This document shows positions 1 through 9,262 of a stretch of DNA of 64,000 nucleotides, in pieces. Position 1 is the first letter of the stretch; each line of letters begins with the position of its first letter. Origin of the DNA: an uncultured Clostridia bacterium. Its GTDB lineage: Bacteria; Bacillota; Clostridia; Christensenellales; UBA1242. The position numbers and the translations under genes are program-made. The notes below the pieces were generated by a model. It ran no database searches, was not told the DNA's origin, and saw only the letters and a program-made list of their open reading frames with translations. The stretch spans positions 3,753 through 67,752 of the forward strand of contig CALWEW010000003.1 of the NCBI GenBank assembly GCA_944377415.1. Reading direction: 5' to 3'.

Positions 1-1793
1 CTTATATCGTTCGTACTAATTCTAATGGTGTGCCTGTTGATTGTAACTATAATACTATTGCAGATGGCGAAGCGGATGGTTTCGTTTGGTATAATGAATT
101 TGCACCGATAACAGACCCTAATTATTACATTGTTTATGCAAGTTTTGCGCCTTTGACTGTAAATGTTAGTGAATTGCTGGAAAGTTTCACAATTTATACA
201 GGTAGCGAAATGACTGATGACCAATTACTTACGACAACGAATAATGACCGCAACAATCCTTTGAGGATTGGTACTCAAATATTTAACGCACAGACACTTT
301 ATGCTGTTCCAAATTCACCTTTGGCTATACCTAGGAATAGCGTAGAATATCCAGAGTGGGCTAACACATATGGTGAAATTCACTTTAATGTAACTCAAGA
401 CCCGTCAAGTCAAAGTGTATTAACTGTTGATAGTATTGATGATATATCATTCCATGAGAGTGGAACACTTGAAGATTATGAAAGATATATTTCATTTGAT
501 GTTTATACAGAAAACGAAAATCCAGCACTAGGTAGTGTTAGCATTGATTTATATCAAACATTGTCAGGTGGAGATGTTAGTATAACTACTTTGCGTAGTG
601 AAATCTTTGTTTCAGCCGAATATATTCCTGTAAACGAGATTTCAATAAACACCGATGGAACTAATATTCGTGCAACAGACCCTCAAGGTAATGATATTAA
701 ATATCTAGAATTGACGACAGTTGTATCGCCACTTAGTCGCTTGTATGATGGTAATGATAAAAATTATGTTAGGGTTTACTGGACAAGTGGCGGTGAGCAA
801 TTTGTTCTCCCTGATGCCACTTATTCAGCATCTTCTGAATGGTCGCAACGCGGGTTCCGCCCGTCATTAAGTGCAAGTCCTGTCATTTCGTTCTACGCTT
901 TCGATTTAACTGAAACCTATGATTTTAGTGATGTAAGCGCAGGGTATGGAAGTCTAAGTTTGTTGCAAGTTTTGACACTTGAACCAAATTTGTTGACTGA
1001 GGAAGGTCAAGCGCTTATGGAACGCAAGCGCGAAGTTATAAATGAGTTGTTGGCAAATACTACTGCAAACGAGTACGCAAGAGTTGAAAACATTCCACAA
1101 GATGACCAAGTAAGTATTTCGACAATTCAAATTCGAAAAGAGTTGCCAGAAAATTATGCATTATTTATGACATATTCCGTAGATGACGAATTAAGTGATG
1201 CTTTGCCTGACTTTGTGCGCGTAAGTTACTCATTCCCAGAAACTCACTTCTTTGATAATCAAGCACTTAATACATCACCGAATGCTGAAGAAAATTATGT
1301 ATTAACGGAGAACGATGAATTCTATTTCTATCAAGCAAATGTTGGGTATGCGTTAGTATCAACGCTCGCATATGCTGATGGTGTGTATGATTTTACTACA
1401 AACACATCGACAAGACCTACTGAATATATATCAAGTTCGACAGACGAAGTGGTTGCTTACATGGGAAATCTTGCAGGAATTTTTGGTGGCGATAGTTCGT
1501 ACTTTAATATTGAATTTTTGACAACATATAATGATGAAACTTTGCCTTGTGTAAAACTTTCTCTTAATACCGATAGTTACAGAATAGAAGAAAGTGAAGA
1601 AAGCCATGTTTACACACTCACTGTGCAGCGCACAATTAATTTAGCGTTGAGTGTCGGATGGACAGATGCTTTGTGGTCAGACCCGAGCAGTTTAAACGGT
1701 AATTGGGATACGCTACTCGCTGATTCTGTTGCTGTTACTTCAATATTTACAATAAAGTTTGTTGTCGAAAATGGTCAAATCGTCAGCGTGTAG
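1..1793 (+). CDS. C-terminal part of a larger hypothetical protein (5'-truncated by the window edge)
   Basis: Frame 3 is open from nt 3 to the TAG at 1791-1793, so the GTG at 30 in the ORF track is probably internal. No catalytic motif recognised. Composition is Thr/Ser/Asn/Asp/Tyr-rich, like the giant envelope proteins further right. Confidence 0.6.
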   Translation, partial: YIVRTNSNGVPVDCNYNTIADGEADGFVWYNEFAPITDPNYYIVYASFAPLTVNVSELLESFTIYTGSEMTDDQLLTTTNNDRNNPLRIGTQIFNAQTLYAVPNSPLAIPRNSVEYPEWANTYGEIHFNVTQDPSSQSVLTVDSIDDISFHESGTLEDYERYISFDVYTENENPALGSVSIDLYQTLSGGDVSITTLRSEIFVSAEYIPVNEISINTDGTNIRATDPQGNDIKYLELTTVVSPLSRLYDGNDKNYVRVYWTSGGEQFVLPDATYSASSEWSQRGFRPSLSASPVISFYAFDLTETYDFSDVSAGYGSLSLLQVLTLEPNLLTEEGQALMERKREVINELLANTTANEYARVENIPQDDQVSISTIQIRKELPENYALFMTYSVDDELSDALPDFVRVSYSFPETHFFDNQALNTSPNAEENYVLTENDEFYFYQANVGYALVSTLAYADGVYDFTTNTSTRPTEYISSSTDEVVAYMGNLAGIFGGDSSYFNIEFLTTYNDETLPCVKLSLNTDSYRIEESEESHVYTLTVQRTINLALSVGWTDALWSDPSSLNGNWDTLLADSVAVTSIFTIKFVVENGQIVSV

Positions 1794-1806
1794 AGAGGAG
1801 CGGAGT

Positions 1807-3198
1807 TTGAAAAATCAACAAAAAACTAATTTAAGTCAAGCAAAACAAGAAGCGGATAATTTAAGCAAATCATTGAAAAAAGAGGCAAAGGAGCGCGCCC
1901 GCCTTGCCGAGATGAAAAAGCGACTTGAGGAGCGTAATCTGCGTGAAAACTGGTTTCGACTTGACAATGCGGCACTTATTTATCCCGCTATTGGCTCTGC
2001 AGAGTGGAATTCTGTATTTCGCATCTCAGCAATTATTAGAGATAAAGTAGATGTTGAAAAGTTACAACAGGCTCTTGATAATACATTACAGCGTTATCCG
2101 TTTTATAATGTGTCTTTAAGAGAAGGATTGTTTTGGCATTATTTTCAGGTTTTAGACACAAAGCCGCATGTGGAAATTGAAAAGTATTATCCATGTCGTC
2201 ATTTTGAATTTGGTAAAAAGGAACAAGTTTTTAGAATACTGTACTTGGACAATAAAATTTCAATGGAAACATTCCATTCACTTGCAGACGGTGGTGGAGC
2301 AATGCAGTTCTTTAATACTTTACTTGTTCGATACTTTGAAATATGCGGTATTAACTATAAAAATTTAAAAGAATATAACCTTAATGTTCGCGATTTGCCT
2401 ACTATTGAAGAGGGGGAAGATGGCTTTAGGCGTTACGCGACAAAGGGTAAAAGCAAGCCACGCAAAGAAGCCGTGGCTTTTGCCATAAAAGGCCCACTTG
2501 AAAACCAAAATGTTTTAAAGGTTGTAACAGGTGTTGTCGATGTTGGTGAGTTAAAAAAAGTCGCACATGATTACGGAGTTACTATTAATGAATTTTTAAG
2601 TGCGGTATACTTAAAAGTTATGATAGCGGAAAAACGGCGTGACAAAAAACAAGCAAAAAAACCCGTAAAATTAAGCGTTCCTGTGAATTGTAGAAGATTT
2701 TTTCCAACAAAAACTATGCGTAACTTTTCTCAATTTATAAATATTGAAATTCCAGTTGACAAAGAAGATGGAACATTTGCAATGTTACTTGAAATCGTAA
2801 AGGAGCAGTCAAAGAATTTTAATAAAGATTATTTGCAACAAAGTATTAACACTAATATAAACAGCGAAAAGAATTTCTTTGTCCGTATTATCCCGTTAGG
2901 ACTTAAAGATTTTGTTTTAAAAATGGTCTATAATCGTGTGGGTGAAAGACTTTTTACTAGTACTTTAAGTAATTTAGGGCTTTGTAAATTACCTGAAGAA
3001 TTAAACGATAAAATTTTAAACTATCATGTTGCTTTAGGTGCTACTAAATTAAATCGTATAAACCTAACAGCAGTAACTTTTAACGAAAAATGTAGCTTAA
3101 CTTTTAGCACACGATTAGTAGAAATGCGAGTAATCCGTGAATTCTTTTTAACACTCGCAGAATTAGGATTAAAGGTCGAAATTTTTTCAAATATATAG
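1807..3198 (+). CDS. HxxxD-type acyltransferase (condensation / alcohol-acetyltransferase-like)
   Basis: HSLADG (nt 2275-2292) matches the HxxxDG catalytic motif of condensation/CAT-type acyltransferases. I moved the start from TTG 1759 to the in-frame TTG 1807, which lies 6 nt after GAGGAG (1795-1800) and removes the overlap with the upstream ORF. Confidence 0.55.
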   Translation: MKNQQKTNLSQAKQEADNLSKSLKKEAKERARLAEMKKRLEERNLRENWFRLDNAALIYPAIGSAEWNSVFRISAIIRDKVDVEKLQQALDNTLQRYPFYNVSLREGLFWHYFQVLDTKPHVEIEKYYPCRHFEFGKKEQVFRILYLDNKISMETFHSLADGGGAMQFFNTLLVRYFEICGINYKNLKEYNLNVRDLPTIEEGEDGFRRYATKGKSKPRKEAVAFAIKGPLENQNVLKVVTGVVDVGELKKVAHDYGVTINEFLSAVYLKVMIAEKRRDKKQAKKPVKLSVPVNCRRFFPTKTMRNFSQFINIEIPVDKEDGTFAMLLEIVKEQSKNFNKDYLQQSINTNINSEKNFFVRIIPLGLKDFVLKMVYNRVGERLFTSTLSNLGLCKLPEELNDKILNYHVALGATKLNRINLTAVTFNEKCSLTFSTRLVEMRVIREFFLTLAELGLKVEIFSNI

Positions 3199-3208
3199 GG
3201 GTGGGGAA

Positions 3209-3874
3209 ATGAAACACTGTGATTTTTGTAATGTAGATATAATAGATAAAAAATCAAATTGCCCACTTTGCGGAAAAAGTCTTGATAATGAAGCAGTGAA
3301 TAAAAACGAATTTTATCCGCAGTACGCTTTTGAACCAGATAGGCGGGAGCCTGCCATTAAAATTTTAGAAAAATTATCATTACTGGCTGTGGTTTTAAGT
3401 ATGGCAGTAAACTTATTTACAGACCATACAATTTCGTGGGCTTTGTATGTTATAATTGGCTTTTTCTTGCTTTATGTTTTAATTTTGCGACCGATTAGGA
3501 AACAGTATTCACTTGCTCAAATATTAACTGCTCTTGTGTTTTATTTGACTGCCTTCATGCTCTTTTTGGAATTATATACTCATACTTGGGGCTGGGGCGT
3601 TATGTATGCTATTCCTTTTACATGGTTGGGTTTTGCGATACTGTCTGGAATTTTTACACTTGCTCGCGGCTATGTAAATTTTGAAATGTTTAAACCTATG
3701 TTCATGTTGTTGCTTTTATCTCTAATTTCGTTTATACTACTTATGTGTTTTGATTGTCCGACAGTTTGGCCGACATTAGTTGCCTTTTTGGTGAGTGCTA
3801 CTGAAATTATTCTGATGTTTATGTTTAGGTTTAAACGGTCAGTACGCTCAATCAAAAGAGATTTTGGTTTTTAG
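3209..3874 (+). CDS. Zinc-ribbon N-terminus fused to a polytopic membrane domain, function unknown
   Basis: The N-terminus CDFC...x12...CPLC is a four-Cys zinc ribbon. The remaining ~170 aa consists of about five or six hydrophobic helices. A GGGGTGGGGA ribosome-binding site lies just upstream, 10 nt after the acyltransferase stop, which suggests coupling. Confidence 0.6.
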   Translation: MKHCDFCNVDIIDKKSNCPLCGKSLDNEAVNKNEFYPQYAFEPDRREPAIKILEKLSLLAVVLSMAVNLFTDHTISWALYVIIGFFLLYVLILRPIRKQYSLAQILTALVFYLTAFMLFLELYTHTWGWGVMYAIPFTWLGFAILSGIFTLARGYVNFEMFKPMFMLLLLSLISFILLMCFDCPTVWPTLVAFLVSATEIILMFMFRFKRSVRSIKRDFGF

Positions 3875-3882
3875 GGGGATGT

Positions 3883-4500
3883 ATGGATTATTCAAATTTA
3901 ATCGATTTTAAAGCAGAGGACTTTAATAAAGCAGATTTGTTTGAAGTGGATTACGATAATCAAAGGGTTTTCTTCAATGTTATAAAAGACGAATTTACAG
4001 AACTAAATCAGCAAGAAGATATTTTGCCCGTGGATTTATTTGCTCAAAAATATGGAAGAAAAATTATGGATGTAATAGAAATGGCTGCTGGGGGGATAGT
4101 TCCAGCACAAGATTTTTTGTGCTATTTATATAAGCGAGGAATCGAAGACTTGATGGAGCCTAATCTTACACGCGCACATGAATGGGGAATACTTGCTGTA
4201 AGTAACGGAAGTAAATTGTCAATAGAAAGATTGCGTTTGTTTTTTGAACCAGTTTTCGATTTCATAATTGACAGTAAAAAAGTGGAAGATATAGTTGAAA
4301 AAAATAAATTAAATGATGAAAATATCAGTGATTTTATTGCGCAAAACTATTGTATTCTATTAATTGAAGAAATGAAAATAGACTTACTCACAGTTGCGAA
4401 AAAGCCTATTGACCAAAAAGAAAACTTCATCAAGTTTTCGCACGACTATAAAGAAGCAAATAAAAAAGTCCTCCCGCGCCTACTCGAACTCATAGCATAA
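3883..4500 (+). CDS. hypothetical soluble protein
   Basis: 205-aa ORF with an AGGGGGA ribosome-binding site, followed by a clean terminator. No motif recognised. Confidence 0.5.
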   Translation: MDYSNLIDFKAEDFNKADLFEVDYDNQRVFFNVIKDEFTELNQQEDILPVDLFAQKYGRKIMDVIEMAAGGIVPAQDFLCYLYKRGIEDLMEPNLTRAHEWGILAVSNGSKLSIERLRLFFEPVFDFIIDSKKVEDIVEKNKLNDENISDFIAQNYCILLIEEMKIDLLTVAKKPIDQKENFIKFSHDYKEANKKVLPRLLELIA

Positions 4501-4516
4501 TTACTGTAAAGATATT

Positions 4517-4551
4517 AAAAGCAGTTAATAAATTTGTTAACTGTTTTTTTT
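4517..4551 (+). terminator. rho-independent terminator
   Basis: Stem CAGTTAA (4522-4528) pairs with TTAACTG (4537-4543) across an 8-nt loop, followed by a T-run at 4544-4551. Confidence 0.65.
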
Positions 4552-4641
4552 ATTTTTATTGTTTGTGATGCAATGTAAAATATTATAAAATAATCCATTG
4601 AATCTTTGTTGTATTTTTTCTTTAAATAATCATTTACAAAT

Positions 4642-4670
4642 GTATACTTTTTTTATAATTATATATACTA
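4642..4670 (+). promoter_or_regulatory. possible forespore-type (sigmaF/sigmaG-like) promoter upstream of the spoVT-like gene
   Basis: GTATA (4642-4646), a 17-nt spacer, then TATACTA (4664-4670). This resembles the GHATR-N17/18-CATnnTA consensus recalled for Bacillus sigmaG. A TATAAT at 4654-4659 is also present, so the call is ambiguous. Confidence 0.25.
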
Positions 4671-4703
4671 GTAACAAAATATTTAAGGAGTTTAAAGTTA
4701 CAT

Positions 4704-5222
4704 ATGGCAGATGATAAAAAGGGAATGTTAAGACATGTCGATGTTTTAGGTAGGGTAGTTATACCGCGAGAAGTTCGCAAAGCAATGCGAATAAATTATG
4801 GAGACCTTATGGAATTTTATGCTTGCTCTAATCAGCAAGTTATAATGAGGAAGTACCATTTATTGAGAGAAATAACTGATTTAGTAAATTCATTAATTAA
4901 AGTTGTTCGCGTTGGTCGCGATTGTGATATCTATGTATTAGATACAGAAAAGTTAATTAGCAAAAATGGTGATAAAGAAATACCTACAGGTGCACTTTCA
5001 AAATCTATAATTGAAATAATGAATAATAGAAGTGAAAAAATTATCACAACATCATTAAATTTGACAGACAGTTTTATGCTAGAAAAACAGTCTGTAATTA
5101 TACCCATACTTTCTAGTGGTGATTTGTTAGGTTCGGTTTTAGTAAATGCTGATGACATAGAAAGATACTTAGAAATTGCTAGGGAAGTTGCTAACTTTTT
5201 AAGCGAATATTTTAGTGCATAA
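4704..5222 (+). CDS. spoVT: SpoVT-like regulator (AbrB/SpoVT DNA-binding domain plus C-terminal GAF-like domain)
   Basis: VDVLGRVVIPREVRKAMRINYGDLMEF is the swapped-hairpin AbrB/SpoVT motif. The 172-aa length and the C-terminal IPILSSGDLLGSVLV segment parallel B. subtilis SpoVT (GPIVANGDPIGAVVI). Confidence 0.7.
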   Translation: MADDKKGMLRHVDVLGRVVIPREVRKAMRINYGDLMEFYACSNQQVIMRKYHLLREITDLVNSLIKVVRVGRDCDIYVLDTEKLISKNGDKEIPTGALSKSIIEIMNNRSEKIITTSLNLTDSFMLEKQSVIIPILSSGDLLGSVLVNADDIERYLEIAREVANFLSEYFSA

Positions 5223-5577
5223 CTAATTTGTTTATTAACAGGTTTTAGCTTTATTCAATTTTAATATAATGCTTATTTTACTTAGATTTTAGCTGTATTA
5301 TGCATGCATAATACATATGCATAGTATTACAAATTTATGTAAAAACCTTGTTCAAAATATCAAAATTTAAAAATACAAGAAAAATTATTAATACATAAAA
5401 TTAACAAAGTTATGGAAGAAGGTTAAATCAAATTATATTATGAATTCCGTGCGCTGGTTTATTTTAGTAAAGTTTAGTTATGATGATTAAATAAATTGTG
5501 TTAAATAACGCAGGTGAATTTTTTGAGAGCGAAAGTTAGAAAGTTGTTGCTGCTAAAAAATTTTTGCAAAAATAAAA

Positions 5578-5604
5578 AATACGAGTTTCGTACTCGTATT
5601 TTTT
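5578..5604 (-). terminator. rho-independent terminator (structurally bidirectional)
   Basis: AATACGAGT (5578-5586) pairs perfectly with ACTCGTATT (5592-5600). It is flanked by an A-run on one side and a T-run on the other, and it abuts the stop of the 5603-6010 gene. Confidence 0.6.
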
Positions 5605-6010
5605 AGTATTGCATTTCACCGTACTGAACATTACGCGACTTACGGTCGTCTTCAATCAGTTCATTAATAAGGTTTCGAACTTTTGAAGGATTTTTAATTC
5701 TTATTAAATCGACATGGTCATTTGATGCGTCTTTACAGTAAACTTTCAAAGTTCCTGTTCCCCAAAATTTATTTGTAAATGATTCAAATATCGTTGTGTC
5801 ATCTATACGGAAAACATTTACTTCTTCGATATGGCTTGTAAAAAAACCTATATCAGCAATTAATTTAACCCATTTACCAGGTTTTTTTACAATGCTATAA
5901 CGAGTAAATGACAGGGGGAGTCCGCACCAACGCTTACGGTCGTGCCATAGTTCGACGCAGTCATCGCCATACTTTGTGGCTGCTGTTGATTTTGACATAC
6001 TACACCTCAC
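5603..6010 (-). CDS. bacterial PH-domain (bPH_2/YdbT-like) protein
   Basis: 135 aa. The pattern FTRYSIV...G.F.....EV...RIDD......F...WGTGTL.V......DHVDLIRIKNP..V matches the bacterial pleckstrin-homology (DUF304-type) domain as I recall it. Confidence 0.6.
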   Translation of the reverse strand: MRCSMSKSTAATKYGDDCVELWHDRKRWCGLPLSFTRYSIVKKPGKWVKLIADIGFFTSHIEEVNVFRIDDTTIFESFTNKFWGTGTLKVYCKDASNDHVDLIRIKNPSKVRNLINELIEDDRKSRNVQYGEMQY

Positions 6011-6114
6011 AATAATTTTCTAGAAGAGAATACCACATTTCAAAGCAAAAGTAAATAGATTTTGCGTGATAAAATTCTGTTTAGGCAGAACACAAAGTTT
6101 GTTAGTGATAATTG

Positions 6115-6858
6115 TTAATTTGTTTTTGTGATGCAATCATACGCCATAATTTGCCGAATTGCTTCTTTTTGATTGCTTAGCAAGAAATTTAAATCATCTT
6201 CGTTCTCAAGAATTATGTCATATTTTTTCAAGTAAAAGATGACATATTTGTCTAATTCAACTGCAAGGAATTGTTTTTCATCAATAGCAATTTCAAGAGT
6301 TAATTTTACTTTTTTGTTTTTATAATTAGTGCTCAAAAAAAATGCTATATCATCGTACGAATAAATTTGGGCATTATGATTTACGCCTTCGTCTGTAAAG
6401 ACAATATTTCCTTTTTTATGCCTTTTACTGTCTGCGTTTTGGTATTCGATAATTACACAATCAAAAACTCTACCAACTTCGTTTGAAACAGATTGGTAAT
6501 CTAAATCAATAGTTGGGATATTTTTAGTAAATTTTACTTTGATTTCTCTAAAATTAACATTTTCTAATCTATCAATTAAGCCATATAGCAAGCCTAAAAA
6601 CGAGACTGCGCACACACCTCCAGCATATTGTAAAACAGTGGGAGTAATTTCACTATCTAAAATTAGAAACACAATCAATAATACTGTGCTAACAATAAAT
6701 AGTAAACCGAAAATGATGTTTAGCGCTTTTAAGTAAGTTTTATTTTTCTTTTCGCGTTTTTGTGCTTCTTCCGTAAATTTTTGAGGATTTTCTAAAATTT
6801 CTTCTAAGGCTTTATTATTATCTTGTCGTTTGGACACGCATTTACTCCCATTCCGCAT
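6115..6858 (-). CDS. hypothetical membrane protein (two TM helices)
   Basis: The ORF lies 4 nt downstream of the AcnX small subunit on the same strand. Two hydrophobic helices span about aa 45-100. Confidence 0.5.
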   Translation of the reverse strand: MRNGSKCVSKRQDNNKALEEILENPQKFTEEAQKREKKNKTYLKALNIIFGLLFIVSTVLLIVFLILDSEITPTVLQYAGGVCAVSFLGLLYGLIDRLENVNFREIKVKFTKNIPTIDLDYQSVSNEVGRVFDCVIIEYQNADSKRHKKGNIVFTDEGVNHNAQIYSYDDIAFFLSTNYKNKKVKLTLEIAIDEKQFLAVELDKYVIFYLKKYDIILENEDDLNFLLSNQKEAIRQIMAYDCITKTN

Positions 6859-6862
6859 AATT

Positions 6863-7306
6863 TTAGTTTATTACGACAGTGCCGTCTTTGTGAATGGTTA
6901 TTGTATCGCCTGTTTTTACAGAGTCGAGAAATTCTTTGCCGAGTTTGTCGATTGCTATCATGGGGCTGTTTTCCCAAATTTTAGCGAGTATTACACCACT
7001 TGCTGCAAGGGAGTCTATTTCTTCACTAAATAACATCGCGCTGGGATTTACACCCATGGCGCAAATTGTTTGCAGAACCATTCCACCCGTAGTCGAACCG
7101 ATTGTTTGCGGTAGGCACAAGATTTTCCCTGTGATTGCTTTTCCGTAAATGTCAGGGTTGTTTTGGTCACTACCGATTATAACCTTTGCGTTTTTTAATG
7201 CGCTTTTTTGAAAAGTTGCAAGAGTGTTTACTCCAGCACGCGACACAAGGGCTTCCCCTGTAAGTTCGCCTGCATTTATTACTCGTCCTTTAAAAGTTTT
7301 TTCCAT
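6863..7306 (-). CDS. aconitase X swivel-domain subunit (DUF126 type)
   Basis: 147 aa. The opening MEKTFKGRVINAGELTGEALVS...G.N is typical of AcnX small subunits. It lies 3 nt downstream of the AcnX catalytic subunit. Confidence 0.75.
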   Translation of the reverse strand: MEKTFKGRVINAGELTGEALVSRAGVNTLATFQKSALKNAKVIIGSDQNNPDIYGKAITGKILCLPQTIGSTTGGMVLQTICAMGVNPSAMLFSEEIDSLAASGVILAKIWENSPMIAIDKLGKEFLDSVKTGDTITIHKDGTVVIN

Positions 7307-7309
7307 AGT

Positions 7310-8584
7310 TTATTTCTCCTTTCCTGTAATTATATCAAGAAGTTCTTGTTCGCGATAAAAGCGTGCTGCTGTATAGGTGCGAAGTTTATTTGAGCAAGTC
7401 ATAATAGGGCGGGAGTGTGTAAGCGGATTGTTTAGATACATCAACGGACAAATGCTTGTTAGTTTTGCGCCCGCTGCTTCAAGTTTTAAAAATTGTGTAG
7501 TTTTGCGGAACTCTTTTGCAATGGCGGGTGATGTACAAAGAATTGTTCGGCAAGTTACTTTTGTGCGTCCGTTTCTAATTAGGTTATCAAAAATTTTGTT
7601 TGTCCAGTCATTTAATTGTTCAGTTGATAGGTGAGGACAGCCGATAAAACAAAGTGCTGGTTTTGCGTTTTTGTTTTTCCACAGAATGGGATAGTTGTCA
7701 TAAGTTTTTTGCAAATACTCATCGTCTATAACAAGAGTTTTTGCATCGCTTTTTATAAGTTTTTCGCCAAGTTCTACAGCTTCGGGAGTAAGATTTGCGA
7801 CATGGAACAAGCCGACAGCACCATTACTTGCGCTCGCTGCGCCCATATCTTTTAAGTATGAACAAGTGTGGTCATCAAGTTTTGTGCCGATAAATTTGTC
7901 AAGCCCTTTTATGTAAGGAACACCATCGCCGACAGCAATGCCGATTGCGCTACCCAAAATTTGAGCCTCTGGAATGTGAGTCGTTTTGACTTCAATAACC
8001 CAGTTTGCTTTGCGGTTTTCATCAAGCAACAAGCCAAATTCAGGAACTTTACCGAGAATGAGCCCGAAAAGGTCAATCATACCGCTGTTACGGTTGCAGC
8101 GTGCCCCGAGAACAGAGTTTGCGTAAACGACTGCGCTACTTTCAGCCCATGATAAAATGTCGCCTTTTTTTGGAATATTATTCATTTCAGGGGAGTAGCA
8201 AGCACAACTAAACGCATCTTCATCGCGGAGACCTACTTGATTTAATTGAATTTCGTAATCTTTTTGCTTACCGTACATAATTTTGCTGAAAACGAGTTTG
8301 TCCAAAATGTTACATTTTACATTCTCGTAATCAATAGGGCGAGGGTCTGCTGTAAATTTGAATTTTGTTTTGATACCTGCATCAATAATTTCTTGCATTG
8401 TACGGTACAAAGGTTTAAGTAGGGGAATACCCATACTTGTAACAATGTGTCCGTCATGAGTAACATCAACGAAGCGTTCTGCGCCAAAAATGTCGCCGAT
8501 TTCAATCATCGTACGCATAATTTTTGACATTACTTCGCCTTGAGAACCATCTAAAATTGCTTGTTCTTCTTTCGTTAGTTGCAT
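7310..8584 (-). CDS. aconitase X catalytic subunit (DUF521 type)
   Basis: 424 aa. The N-terminus MQLTKEEQAILDGSQGEVMSK...ERFVDVTHDGHIV matches the AcnX large-subunit pattern, and the gene is paired with a swivel subunit. Confidence 0.75.
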   Translation of the reverse strand: MQLTKEEQAILDGSQGEVMSKIMRTMIEIGDIFGAERFVDVTHDGHIVTSMGIPLLKPLYRTMQEIIDAGIKTKFKFTADPRPIDYENVKCNILDKLVFSKIMYGKQKDYEIQLNQVGLRDEDAFSCACYSPEMNNIPKKGDILSWAESSAVVYANSVLGARCNRNSGMIDLFGLILGKVPEFGLLLDENRKANWVIEVKTTHIPEAQILGSAIGIAVGDGVPYIKGLDKFIGTKLDDHTCSYLKDMGAASASNGAVGLFHVANLTPEAVELGEKLIKSDAKTLVIDDEYLQKTYDNYPILWKNKNAKPALCFIGCPHLSTEQLNDWTNKIFDNLIRNGRTKVTCRTILCTSPAIAKEFRKTTQFLKLEAAGAKLTSICPLMYLNNPLTHSRPIMTCSNKLRTYTAARFYREQELLDIITGKEK

Positions 8585-8695
8585 AACTATCTCCTTTTTA
8601 AATTTTATAATATTTTTGGTTCGGTTAAATTGTGTTGTTTGCTATGTTGATTTAGTTTTTGTGAACATTTTTAATTTGCGATTTTTAATTTACGC

Positions 8696-9241
8696 TTACT
8701 TTTCGGGCAAAATTTTGATTACGCGAGCAGGAACGCCAACAGCAACTGCGTTGTCGGGAATGTCTTTTGTAACAACGGCGCCCGCGCCGATTACTGCGTT
8801 TTTGCCTATTGTTACGCCTGGCATTATCACACAGTTTCCACCGAGCCACGCATTATCTTTTATCACAATGGGGCGACTTAAGATTATAGTATTTTTGCGG
8901 TCGAGAGCATCAAGTGGGTGATAAACTGTAAAAATATTTACATTTGGCGCGATGCGTACATCGTTGCCGATAGTGATAGTTGTGTCGTCGAGCATAACAC
9001 AATTATAATTTATGTCAACATTGTTTCCTATGCTAATGTTATATCCGTAATCACAATGAAAAGGCTCTTTTACGGTTACATTTTCACCGATATGCTTAAA
9101 AATTTTTTCTAGCATTTTGCGCCTTTTCCTTTCATTTAATGGGCAAATTTTATTGTACTTTTGGCAAAGCGTGTATGCTATTGTTCGGTCTGTGTGTCTG
9201 CTATCATTATTCCTTCCATCGCGTCTTATTTCTTCGAACAT
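8696..9241 (-). CDS. maltose/galactoside O-acetyltransferase-like (left-handed beta-helix, Maa family)
   Basis: Hexapeptide repeats are present (IGNNVDINYNCVMLDD..ITIGNDVRIAPNVNI...IKDNAWLGGNCVIMPGVTIGKNAVIGAGAVVTKDIP), together with an N-terminal Mac-type region. Confidence 0.8.
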   Translation of the reverse strand: MFEEIRRDGRNNDSRHTDRTIAYTLCQKYNKICPLNERKRRKMLEKIFKHIGENVTVKEPFHCDYGYNISIGNNVDINYNCVMLDDTTITIGNDVRIAPNVNIFTVYHPLDALDRKNTIILSRPIVIKDNAWLGGNCVIMPGVTIGKNAVIGAGAVVTKDIPDNAVAVGVPARVIKILPEK

Positions 9242-9262
9242 TCAATCTTGCTCCTTGCTTAA

